Source: a virus | Length of the DNA: 64,000 bases | Strand: one strand, 5' to 3' | Virus record (IMG/VR): IMGVR_UViG_3300037070_001066 | Coordinates: 1-64,000 of that record | Shown here: positions 9,670-19,053 of the stretch, piece after piece | Position numbering within the stretch: position 1 is the stretch's first letter | Layout of the letters: the number at the start of each line of letters is the position of its first letter | Position numbers and translations under genes: made by a program | Notes under the pieces: generated by a model | Seen by the model: only the letters and a program-made list of their open reading frames with translations | What the model was told of the DNA's origin: nothing | Databases searched by the model: none

Positions 9670-10324
9670 TCTCTAAATATTTAATTATATCTGTTAATAT
9701 AGGATTTCTATGATTGGCAGTCAATGTCTTGAATCCTACTAATCCAGATTCCTGTAGCTTCATAATTCTATGAAGACAACTATTCCCATTGATAGACTTA
9801 TCTATCTGCTCTTTAGAGCCACAGAAAATCATTTTTGATCCTTCACCTAGTCTAGTTAAAATAGTCCTGAAATCATTATAATCCATGTCTTGGAACTCAT
9901 CTACTATAACTACTGACTTAATAAACGTAACACCTTTAGCTACTTCAATAGGCATAATCTTAATCTCACCTTCTTTCAACATCTTGTCTGTAGCTTCTTT
10001 ACCTTGGCAAACTTCTAAATTCTGAATGATTGGAAACGTATATGGAGCCATCTTTTCTTCTAATGTACCTGGCAGTGCGGCTAGGTTATTCTTAAGCATT
10101 GGCCTTGTAATCCATATGTGGTCAATCTTGAACTCTCTACTTCTTTTTCTAAATGCTTTAAGTGCTGTATGTACAGCTGCTAAAGACTTTCCAGAACCAA
10201 AATCTCCTAATAGGAAATTAACATCATATTCGTAGAATAAAGCAACAAACTCTTTTTGCTCATCATTTAATTCTACCTTAAGTTTAGGTTCTGTTTTAAG
10301 AGGTTCTTTTAATGAATTAATCAT
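9662..10324 (-). CDS. phoH: PhoH-family ATPase
   Basis: GDFGSGKS, ITRP, LPGTLEEKMAPY, KGVTF, IVDEFQD, LTRLGEGSK, HRNP. Confidence 0.9.
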   Translation of the reverse strand: MINSLKEPLKTEPKLKVELNDEQKEFVALFYEYDVNFLLGDFGSGKSLAAVHTALKAFRKRSREFKIDHIWITRPMLKNNLAALPGTLEEKMAPYTFPIIQNLEVCQGKEATDKMLKEGEIKIMPIEVAKGVTFIKSVVIVDEFQDMDYNDFRTILTRLGEGSKMIFCGSKEQIDKSINGNSCLHRIMKLQESGLVGFKTLTANHRNPILTDIIKYLENE

Positions 10325-10640
10325 CTTTTGAATTTTTAAAGTTTAGGTATTCATTTATGTTATTAAAATTCTGTAACTCATTAATTGAGCCACAACGCAT
10401 ACATACGTTATTATCGACCTCATCTGAAACGATGTGTAAACTTTTACAAAATCTACAAGCCACTACTGGCTCCTCATCGTAATTTGTAATTTTATCTTCC
10501 ATTACTTCTCTTAATTTATTTTCAACGTCTTCAATATATTCTGAACCATAAATAGGAAATGGAGCTAAATTATCATAATATTTCAGGTGGCTCAATAAAC
10601 TCTTGAGAGCTGTCTCTATCTTTCTTTCCATACTTAACAT
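10317..10640 (-). CDS. Zinc-ribbon protein
   Basis: CRFCKSL...CMRCGS. Confidence 0.55.
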   Translation of the reverse strand: MLSMERKIETALKSLLSHLKYYDNLAPFPIYGSEYIEDVENKLREVMEDKITNYDEEPVVACRFCKSLHIVSDEVDNNVCMRCGSINELQNFNNINEYLNFKNSKDD

Positions 10641-10790
10641 GTATTTTAGCCTTCCATTTACTTTTATGTTGAGAAATATTAATTGAATAAGAATAATCCT
10701 TGTGTATTGTTTTAAATGGTTCTATAATACTTACAGCCTCATCTACCTTATCCAACACCCATTTTAATTCTGCTCCCTCTATAATATATA

Positions 10791-11078
10791 TCATATTCCA
10801 TTATCTGCTTTAAACTTAATCCAATCTTCATTACTCATTAGATTAGGAAACCTAGCTCCTTTGTTACAAGATTCTCCTACAGAAGTCTTTCCTCTAAAGT
10901 CACATCCACAATAAACACACTTGTTAGTTACTGCGCAATCATCCTTACATAGTAGTCTTCTATATACAATCTGCTCTCTTACATGTTCTGGTTGTAGTTT
11001 TAACTCCTCTAATATTAGTTGGGTATTACCTTCTAAATAAGAAAGTATATTAGTTATTGTTATCATTCTTCCTGTCAT
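10791..11078 (-). CDS. Cys-rich (zinc-binding) hypothetical protein
   Basis: CKDDC..NKCVYCGC...SC pattern. Confidence 0.55.
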   Translation of the reverse strand: MTGRMITITNILSYLEGNTQLILEELKLQPEHVREQIVYRRLLCKDDCAVTNKCVYCGCDFRGKTSVGESCNKGARFPNLMSNEDWIKFKADNGI

Positions 11079-12044
11079 TTATCTTACCTAATACTAAGAA
11101 CTTCTCCATAGGATCTAAGTCTCTATAGTCTAGATAATCATTTATATTGTCTTCATTGTATTCTATAGAGAGATCTACCTTATCTGCTAATGCTTGCATA
11201 TCATCCATTATCTTATAGAAAGCTTTAAGATGTGCTTTAACTTTTTTATCATTCTGAAGTTTATCCTTTCTGTATCCTTGCTTTAAAAAACTCATTAGTT
11301 ACATAGTTTTAAGTAATTAAACTCTGTTTCTTTTAACTCCATAAATCTAGACCTAGTCATCAATATTAAGTCAATCTCGAATTCAACGTCTACTTCATTA
11401 TTCTGAGGATAGGAGACCTTATTATCAACTAAATAGTAATATCTACTCATAGTGTCTCTGATCATCTTTTCCTTTAAACCATCTATATGATCTTTATGTA
11501 TTAAACCATTCTTTGACGGTAACGTATCTTTAACCACTTCTCTAATCTCTATCTCTAACTTCTGGTTCATATGTCTTCATTATAAGGTTTGAATCTACTA
11601 CTCTCTTGTCTCTTATTGTAATCTGTTCTCTTATTCTAGTATACTTATCAGCTACATAGATCTGAACTATATCTTCCTTCTCATTAAGTCTAAAGATACC
11701 AACATTAACGTCTAGTCTTCTATCCTTACTTCTATACTTATGTGTATAGTAATGAGACATATTAATCAAATCTTCCTGATGCCTTACTAAATCTTGTCTT
11801 ATGTAAAAATACAATTTCTCTATCATTACCTATAGTATATTTCAATGTTAAAAAATAATAAACCAATAACGAATCTATTCATTCTAATGATCTCTTCTCC
11901 TTCAATAGGATTACCATCATCATCAACTTTAAATCCTTCTAATGCTTGATTATAGAAACCTAGCATGATTTCAGTATTTTGGTCTCCCCATACAAACTCT
12001 AACCAAGTTGGTAATTTCATATCTATGATTTTTAAATTATAATA

Positions 12045-12076
12045 CAAAGGTATGTAAAAAAAATGACATATGCAAA
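12045..12076 (-). promoter_or_regulatory. Bacteroidota-type promoter (TTTG-N20-TACCTTTG)
   Basis: + strand CAAAGGTA 12045-12052 and CAAA 12073-12076. Confidence 0.65.
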
Positions 12077-12691
12077 TAAAATTGCAATTATTTTTTAAAA
12101 ATTTGGATGATCAGTTAATTCATACTCTGAACACACATATTCTGTATTCCATGTAGTAGCTACTGTATAAGCATACTTATCTATAGAAAACATATAAGTT
12201 ATCTCTACAATAACTCCCTTACCTGAATCAGGTGTAACATGATACACAGTATCTCCTATACTAAATTTGTTGCTTGTCATCTTTCCTATATTTATGGTTA
12301 TACAATTCTTCCAAATACTTATTAAACCCTTCTAAATTAAAACCTTTATGTGACGTCCACCTTCCCTTATCCAATGTATTACCATCAGGCAGTATTACCT
12401 TATACTGCGTATGTACTATACTTTTCTTCCATTCACTAAAGTTCTCCATATCTATTTAGTATATATACTGTAAACGCTTCATTGTCAAATCTCTGATTCA
12501 TGTCCATAAACAACTTAGCAAACGTTGTTGTCCCATCTGGAATAAGTATCGTATACTTACACTGCTTAATCCCCTTAACCCATTCTTTAAACCCTCTAGG
12601 TTGCCCTTCTCTAATTATAACTTCTGCTTCAAACCAAGGTTCTTGTTCTGAGCAATCTTCACTTACTTTTATCATTTCTCTTAATTTTAAA

Positions 12692-12723
12692 CAAAGATAC
12701 AAAATATTTATTTAATTTCCAAA
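12692..12723 (-). promoter_or_regulatory. Bacteroidota-type promoter (TTTG-N20-TATCTTTG)
   Basis: + strand CAAAGATA 12692-12699 and CAAA 12720-12723. Confidence 0.65.
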
Positions 12724-12742
12724 CTTTTTCTCACTTATTTTC

Positions 12743-12783
12743 AAAAAAAAAGTCCCTACAGCTTTTTTAAGGCCATAAGGACT
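12743..12783 (-). terminator. Intrinsic terminator closing the candidate ncRNA
   Basis: Minus strand GTCCTTATGGC-loop-GCTGTAGGGAC (11 bp including G-U pairs) followed by a long T run. Confidence 0.75.
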
Positions 12784-13030
12784 CTACCAAAGGTAGCACG
12801 GATCTTTAACTAATGTTGTTGTTGTATAAGGTTATATAATATATATAATATTTAACTATTAGGCATAAGAAGGTTTCCACGATTTTTGTCGTGAGCCTCT
12901 TGGCTAGCCAGTGTTGTAGAAGTTGTCATACCTTCAAAACCCGTTATCCCCCAAACTCATCCTGTGAGCAGTCCCGTTTCAATCTTTAAGGGGGCAACTA
13001 CATCCTAAACTAGTTGCTTAATATTTTACT
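12743..13030 (-). ncRNA. Candidate ~285-nt structured ncRNA
   Basis: Own promoter (13037-13112) and terminator; several stems; longest ATG-started ORF seen is 25 codons. Confidence 0.55.
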
Positions 13031-13036
13031 TGAGCA

Positions 13037-13112
13037 CAAAGATAATACATTAATTTGACATATGCAAGTATTTTGGCAATTATTTTCAATATATTTGTAT
13101 TAGGTAATAGCT
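13037..13112 (-). promoter_or_regulatory. Bacteroidota-type promoter (CTTG-N20-TATCTTTG) with upstream AGCTATTACCTAAT box
   Basis: + strand CAAAGATA 13037-13044, CAAG 13065-13068, ATTAGGTAATAGCT 13099-13112. Confidence 0.7.
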
Positions 13113-13277
13113 TTTATGAAAAATAGACTTTTTAAAATATTTTTTTCTAGAAAATTTTTCATGAATGTGAGAGTGGGCTAACCCAAGATCATACCCCGAC
13201 TCTTTTCAAATTTTGGGCATACCCGTTCACTTAGAGCGGCTTGCAAAAACATATCACAAACGTATAAATGTATTATT

Positions 13278-13823
13278 ATGGAAATTACGCAAAAGGTTGC
13301 AGAGAACATTATCGAGAGTAGAGTTATCATTGAGGAAGCTATGACACCATATAAAGGTGTTGAGGTTACATACGTAGGCTTTACTGACGCTGAGGGTGAA
13401 CAATTCTTATGGAATGATGAGGACGGTGACCCTGACCCATCTAGACCATTCGCTATTGTATCATTCAATGCTATGAACTTGCATTTGCTTGAGCAGAGTG
13501 TTGATGAGTATCAGGCAGGTATGTATGATGAGTGTGTGAACCACAACTTGTCAGTTCGTATGGACGCTGATAAAGCTCGTGAATTGTCTAAAGGCACTCC
13601 AGGTACGTTGATTTGTCATAATGTTCATCTTAAGGATGAGGATGGTGAATTGATGTACGATGAGAAGACTGAAGAGCCTGTTATGGGCTTGTTGGTGAAA
13701 AGCTTCGCTCCAGTAGCTGCTAAGTTTGCTAAGAAAGCTAGTCTTGCTGACATCTTGGCTAAAAGAGCTCCTAAGGAAGAGCCTAAGGCTGTACCTGAGA
13801 AAAAGGTGAAGATAACTGCCTAG
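13278..13823 (+). CDS. First rightward gene; acidic beta-rich protein with Lys-rich tail (possible nucleic-acid-binding protein)
   Basis: 181 aa, monocistronic with a strong terminator; visibly G-richer codon usage (GAG/AAG/TTG) than neighbours. Confidence 0.6.
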   Translation: MEITQKVAENIIESRVIIEEAMTPYKGVEVTYVGFTDAEGEQFLWNDEDGDPDPSRPFAIVSFNAMNLHLLEQSVDEYQAGMYDECVNHNLSVRMDADKARELSKGTPGTLICHNVHLKDEDGELMYDEKTEEPVMGLLVKSFAPVAAKFAKKASLADILAKRAPKEEPKAVPEKKVKITA

Positions 13824-13831
13824 ATTGAGAT

Positions 13832-13855
13832 TGCCCCTTCGGGGGCATTTCTTTT
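13832..13855 (+). terminator. Intrinsic terminator with UUCG loop
   Basis: TGCCCC-TTCG-GGGGCA-TTTCTTTT. Confidence 0.85.
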
Positions 13856-13890
13856 GACCTTTAGTGGTAAGATTAGCATCTAAATAAAGA

Positions 13891-14050
13891 GTGTTTACTT
13901 TGTCCTATATATGTTACCCGAGCTGTTTACCTTATGGTTACAGTATGTTTACGTTAGTGCTACGTGTGTCTACGTTGGTGCTCTCTGTGGGGTTACTATC
14001 GTTTACAGTATGGTTACTGCGTGTTTATAGTACGTGCTACGTGTGTTTAC
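13891..14050. repeat. Degenerate ~11-bp-period array of GTTTAC/GGTTAC/GCTAC units
   Basis: Units end at 13930, 13941, 13952, 13963, 13973, 13996, 14006, 14017, 14028, 14040, 14050; GTGCTACGTGTGT is repeated at 13957 and 14034. Confidence 0.75.
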
Positions 14051-14313
14051 ATATTTAGTCTTGTAACGTACCACTATCAAACCCTCAAACCCTTATTTAA
14101 TGGTGTAATTGGGAGATATTTGGCGTACTAAGTGCGTTATTCCCATTATCTTACTCTCCCTTTTGTGATAATACCCTCAATAATGCAATTTAAGCATATA
14201 TAAATAGCTTTTAAGGCACTATTACCATAAATACATACAAGTACATCGACAATAAATTATCGTTGCTTAAATGCAATATTTACATTAAATTACGAACCAC
14301 AAATACATAAATT

Positions 14314-17300
14314 ATGAATACATTAGAGGCTAAGCCATCAATTACAGAAGTACAAATGCTGTTTGTACCTAAAGACATTACACAAGATTCTGAAACATCT
14401 GCTAATATTGCATCATTTGACTATTATTCAGGCATAAGATATTGTCAGTTACTTGGCATTAAACAACATACTCACTTCAATGCAGTTAATGATTGGAAAC
14501 ATTTCATTGTATGTTGTGGTGATGTTATGGTTAGAGTTAAATCAACAGATTATCCTAATATTGAACGTAGAATATTATGAAGAGATTAATACAAGGTATA
14601 ATGGTTATAGTAACTGTTATACCATTTATCATTGGTTATTTATGTTATACAATTAGTATATCTTGTTTCAAGAACTTCTTGATATTTGGTGTACCAATGA
14701 TAATAGTAAGATTTGTACATATGTTATTAATGATGCCTAAAACATTTACACAATGGAAAAGAGATTAAGATTAGCACATTTGGCATTTATGGTGTCATTT
14801 GTATTATGGATTATTGTATTAGCTGTTACACCTGTAGGTGGATGGCACGAGAGTAATCCTTGGAGAGAATATTATATGACTGCATTTAGTATAACTAGTG
14901 TATTAACACTATTAACATTATGTGTGTGGTATAGATATGATAAAATAGTTTAATCCATAGACAGCTGGGGGAAGTAAGGGGTTATGTCACCTCAGCTGGG
15001 ATTATTTAACCATCTAAATAGATAAATATGACAACAGCAGAAATACTAGTAACAGCAGTTTCATTCTTTATATTAATATTATTTATTAATATATCTAGAA
15101 TACCCAAAGACGCAGAAGATATTGATCTTAATAAAGTCGTTCTCATGGAATGTCAATATATTGGAAATCTAGATTTATATATGTTAGATAATCCTGTTTA
15201 TATTGGTGAAAAAGATAATTATAAGATATATTTATCTAAAGGTAAATTATACAGAACAATATAATGTTTGACGTAACTAATGGTTGGACAGATAAATGTG
15301 ATAAACAACTAGACGAATTAATAGACTATTTATATAACAAACACTTTAAAACTATGATTATCACTCATCAAACTGATGTTGTTAAACCAGCATCTACAAT
15401 TATTTTATGTCAATTGGCATTAAATAAAGAGATTCAAGATTTCTTAGCTAAACATAGTTTAACACAAACGTATTATTATGCTAATGGTAGTACATTGTAT
15501 TTATACATACATCTAAATGATGGTAGTTGTGTAATTGCAAAATATTAAAATGGCGGTCACATATAATAAGCCCTGCTGAAGTAGAGTATTAAGCATCCTC
15601 TACATTTTTTAACTAACTTTAATAACGATAACCAATGACAATTACTCACAACAAAAGAATTGTGGCATCATCAATGCCAACACATCAAGTATCATTTAAT
15701 GTATTACATCAGTTAATACAACGTTATTTAACCAATAATTTAATGGTACACAAGTATTATAAGATTAGAGATGATCTTCAAGGAACAATGTATATCTATT
15801 TACCTAATAATGGTAGATTAGAAGTAAAATATTAATATTTAAAAACATACCACAATGAAAACAATATTTATATTATCAACAATATTACTAGTAAGTGCTA
15901 TAGTATCAAACTATGTAATTCAATATGTATTCAACTTCATAAATTATTTAAATCAATTGTAATGAATGAATTGATTGCTAAATTATCTCAAACATATTTT
16001 GTTAAGGTAATTGATAATAATAACTTTGTATTAATTGCTCGTGATGAAAATGAATTACGAGCAATTGCTATTAAGTATAATTTAATAATAGTTAAAATGC
16101 ACACTAGTATTCAAGATGCATTAAGATAAATAACATACCACATGAAAAAGATTATAGTTAATGACTTAACAGTCGCATCAATAGTATTATTCTCAGTATT
16201 TGTATTGGGATTATTTTTACCAATGTTAGTAGTATCATTTTTAGCCTTATTTACTAATTATAAGCTTATTGATATGGTATTATCAGGACCATTCTGGTTT
16301 TTAACAGGTATAGGATGGATAATGGCGGCATTTTATATGAATGATTCTGTAAAGAAACACCCTAATGGCTAATATTGTATTCACAATAGAGCACGATTCA
16401 TTTGCATTTGGACCGTTTCCTGTTGATGAATTAAATGAGTTAGATGGATTAAATGTAACTTCAAAGATTGTAACTAGTCTTAAAGAAGAGGTTACATTTA
16501 CATTCCACGATGATGATGATGTCCATGCTGCAATATTTGTAATAGGACAATACGCTTATAAATTAATGCATATAAATAGAATAGAAAAACAAAATTAATA
16601 TGAATGCGCATAAGTTTATGAATATAATACTTGTACTTGAAGTTATTACAATATTTATAGTAATAATATATTTAAATACAAGATAAACGAATTACTAATT
16701 CAATAACCACAAAAAACAAATAACATTCCAAGTTATTGAGGACACCAAGTTTCTATATATTAATATTGACTAGACATAGTATAAATATATAGTTTTAGGT
16801 GTAAAATACAATTTTAAAACGATACAAATGAACAATAAAACTGGTTATAGCATATTAATGGTAATTAATACATTTACAATTATTGCAAGCTTGTATTATT
16901 TATTCTCAACAAGAAATCTATATTTTATATTCCCACTATCAATAGGATTATTATCATTCTATTCATCAGCTCAAATGTATAACAAATAAACTTAAACAAA
17001 TGAAAACAACAGACAAATTAAAACCAACAGAAAAAGCAATGGTTTGTGTTATTATATCAGTAGTATTAATGTTAATATCTATTCTTACTTTATCATTTAA
17101 TTTAGTATTTATAGAAGAATTAGTATCTTTTAAAACAGCATTATTAATAGCTCCATTCATATTATTTGCCATATCTATGGTAGTTTATGATATATTATGG
17201 GAAAAAGAACATTTAAGATGAAAATAAGTATTTATAATATTTATTTAGGTCAATCATTATGGGATGTAAGGTATGGTAAAGTTTCTGTAACTAAATTAAA

Positions 17301-18992
17301 AGGAGATTATCCTATTAGTGCAGTAACACAAAATGGTACTACATTACATTATGATGAAGAAGGTAAGGCTTGTATTGGCCATAATTATCCAGTATTATAT
17401 ACAAAAAACCCTATAAATGAAATATCCTAAGTTAATGCTTGTGTCAGATAATAATATATCTTGGCACAAAAGAATAGTATTATTTAAAAACGCAAAAGGT
17501 TACATTGCATTTACTGAATATGAATCTATAGACGATATAGATAAATGTCAAAGTACAAGTAAGTGGAGATTTGCAAAAGATATTGTTGAACAAAAAATAG
17601 TTAAACTAAATGAAAACAGAAACAATAGTAATATCAATCTCAGACGTCTTATTAGTGATAGTCCCGCTAGTTGTGCAATTTATAATGTGGAAGATATATA
17701 TTCTTAAGAACAATAGTATGGATAACATGCAAAGAAATATTGCCTCAGGATTTTTTACTTTTGTAGGAATGATAATTTATTTCTTTATTATGTCATTTAA
17801 TTGGAGAATAACTTGGTAATGAAGCTAATTAAAGTTACATTAATCAAGAAAGATAAGTTTAATACAATTGTAGAAATTACTTACAGCGATAAGAAAATAT
17901 TTAAAGAACCAGAAACTTTTACTAGAATGGCATTTAATGATGGCATGTACTATAAATGGTTAGATGATGGTTCTTATATTCATGAATTAGATAGGTCAAT
18001 TAAAGTTATAGTTGATTTAGGATTTACTGATTTTGATGTATAAATTTCTATATTTAGAAGCTATCTAGTTCTTTACAGGTGAACTTAAAATAACTGTTGA
18101 TTCCCTAGTCTAGAAGAACGAGGACTCACAGGTGCAAGAGTATAAACAAAGCATTCAAACTATTACATTGACATTGCAAGTGTTGTATTGTAATAGAATA
18201 GTGAGAAGTCGTAGATGGGCGGACCACTTTTAGACAAAAAAACCTAAATAATTAAAGATGTTGTTAACGCCTTGGTTCTAATATCTCTGCATTACTATAG
18301 CAGTAACATCGCTCAATAGTTTTGGATGTATTAGTTTTAGGCGTAGACATCTTTTTAACCATCTAAATAATAATATATGTATACAGAATTAATAATATAT
18401 TCTTCATTATGTTGGTTGCTTGCAATTTTATTTTATGGAGCAAATGTAAAAGATGATGAAGAAGTAGATATTTGGTTAGTACTTATAACAATATTTGCGC
18501 CAATAGCATTACCTATGTGTTTTATATATGTAACATTTATGGCGGCAATAGAATCTTAACCTTTAAAAACTTAAAAAACATGCCAGAGAAATTAATAATA
18601 CTAATCCTACTTATAGGATTAAATGCATTGTATTGGATGGATTATCTAAAAACATTCAACAATACTAGTGATGATGGGGCAGTTGGTAAAGCTTTATTAG
18701 GCTTATTATTGTTAATACCATCAGGATTAATATTATTTAATTTAGATTTTTTATTACGATGATACCTAATGTATTTCATCTAAGGCTAGTATCAGAAGCT
18801 TATAAGATTAAATATAGATCCGTAGTATGGAGAGCTAGAAAACTTGGAATAACTTCATCTGAAGTTACAAATGAACAAGCTTTTGATATTGCTAACTACA
18901 GAAAGAAACCTAAATTAGAGGTAATAGTAGTTTATGTCACGTTTGAAATTATACCATCAAGAATGAATTATACCACGTTAGAAGATTTATAG
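14314..18992 (+). other. Early-type cluster of ~20 small hypothetical ORFs, many with 1-2 transmembrane segments (e.g. 14314, 14577, 14753, 15028, 15264, 15635, 16142, 16365, 17000, 17417, 17801, 18377, 18759)
   Basis: Co-oriented short ORFs with A-rich start contexts and hydrophobic stretches. Confidence 0.6.
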
Positions 18993-19028
18993 TACAGTGG
19001 TTTTGTGTGGTATCGTTTCCATTGTGCA

Positions 19029-19053
19029 GGGGAGAGCAATCTCCCCAACTTTT
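19029..19053 (+). terminator. GNRA hairpin/terminator directly before tmRNA
   Basis: GGGGAGA-GCAA-TCTCCCC-AACTTTT. Confidence 0.55.

Larger units (their letters stand above)
10573..12702 (-). other. Run of small coupled hypothetical ORFs (10573-10794, 11050-11295, 11295-11570, 11542-11826, 11826-12047, 12095-12280, 12261-12449, 12436-12702)
   Basis: Head-to-tail overlaps. 12095-12280 has an SH3-like KFSIGDTVY start; 12261 and 12436 share Y.(I/V)..PDG.T...F..E.F..Y. Confidence 0.55.

Noticed and set aside
13072-13097. Plus-strand host-type promoter for gene 13278 (TATATTTG at 13090)
   Set aside because: Nearest TTTG gives a 14-nt spacer rather than the 20 nt of the other promoters, and it overlaps the minus-strand promoter
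13891-14050. CRISPR array
   Set aside because: Units are ~11 bp, degenerate and have no unique spacers; no cas genes. The PD-(D/E)XK nuclease at 49731 is a typical phage exonuclease
14203-14212. Fourth copy of the late-promoter box (AATAGCTTTT)
   Set aside because: Only a partial match, and no -7 element at the 62-nt spacing
15551-15603. Twister ribozyme (GGCGGTCAC..AAGCCC..GTAGAGT resembles the core)
   Set aside because: A 7-nt insertion splits the conserved loop and no matching cleavage-site strand (UAA plus P2 partner) was found; kept only as a generic structured element
18067-18155. preQ1-I riboswitch
   Set aside because: Architecture is similar, but the ligand-binding loop consensus is absent and no queuosine-related gene follows
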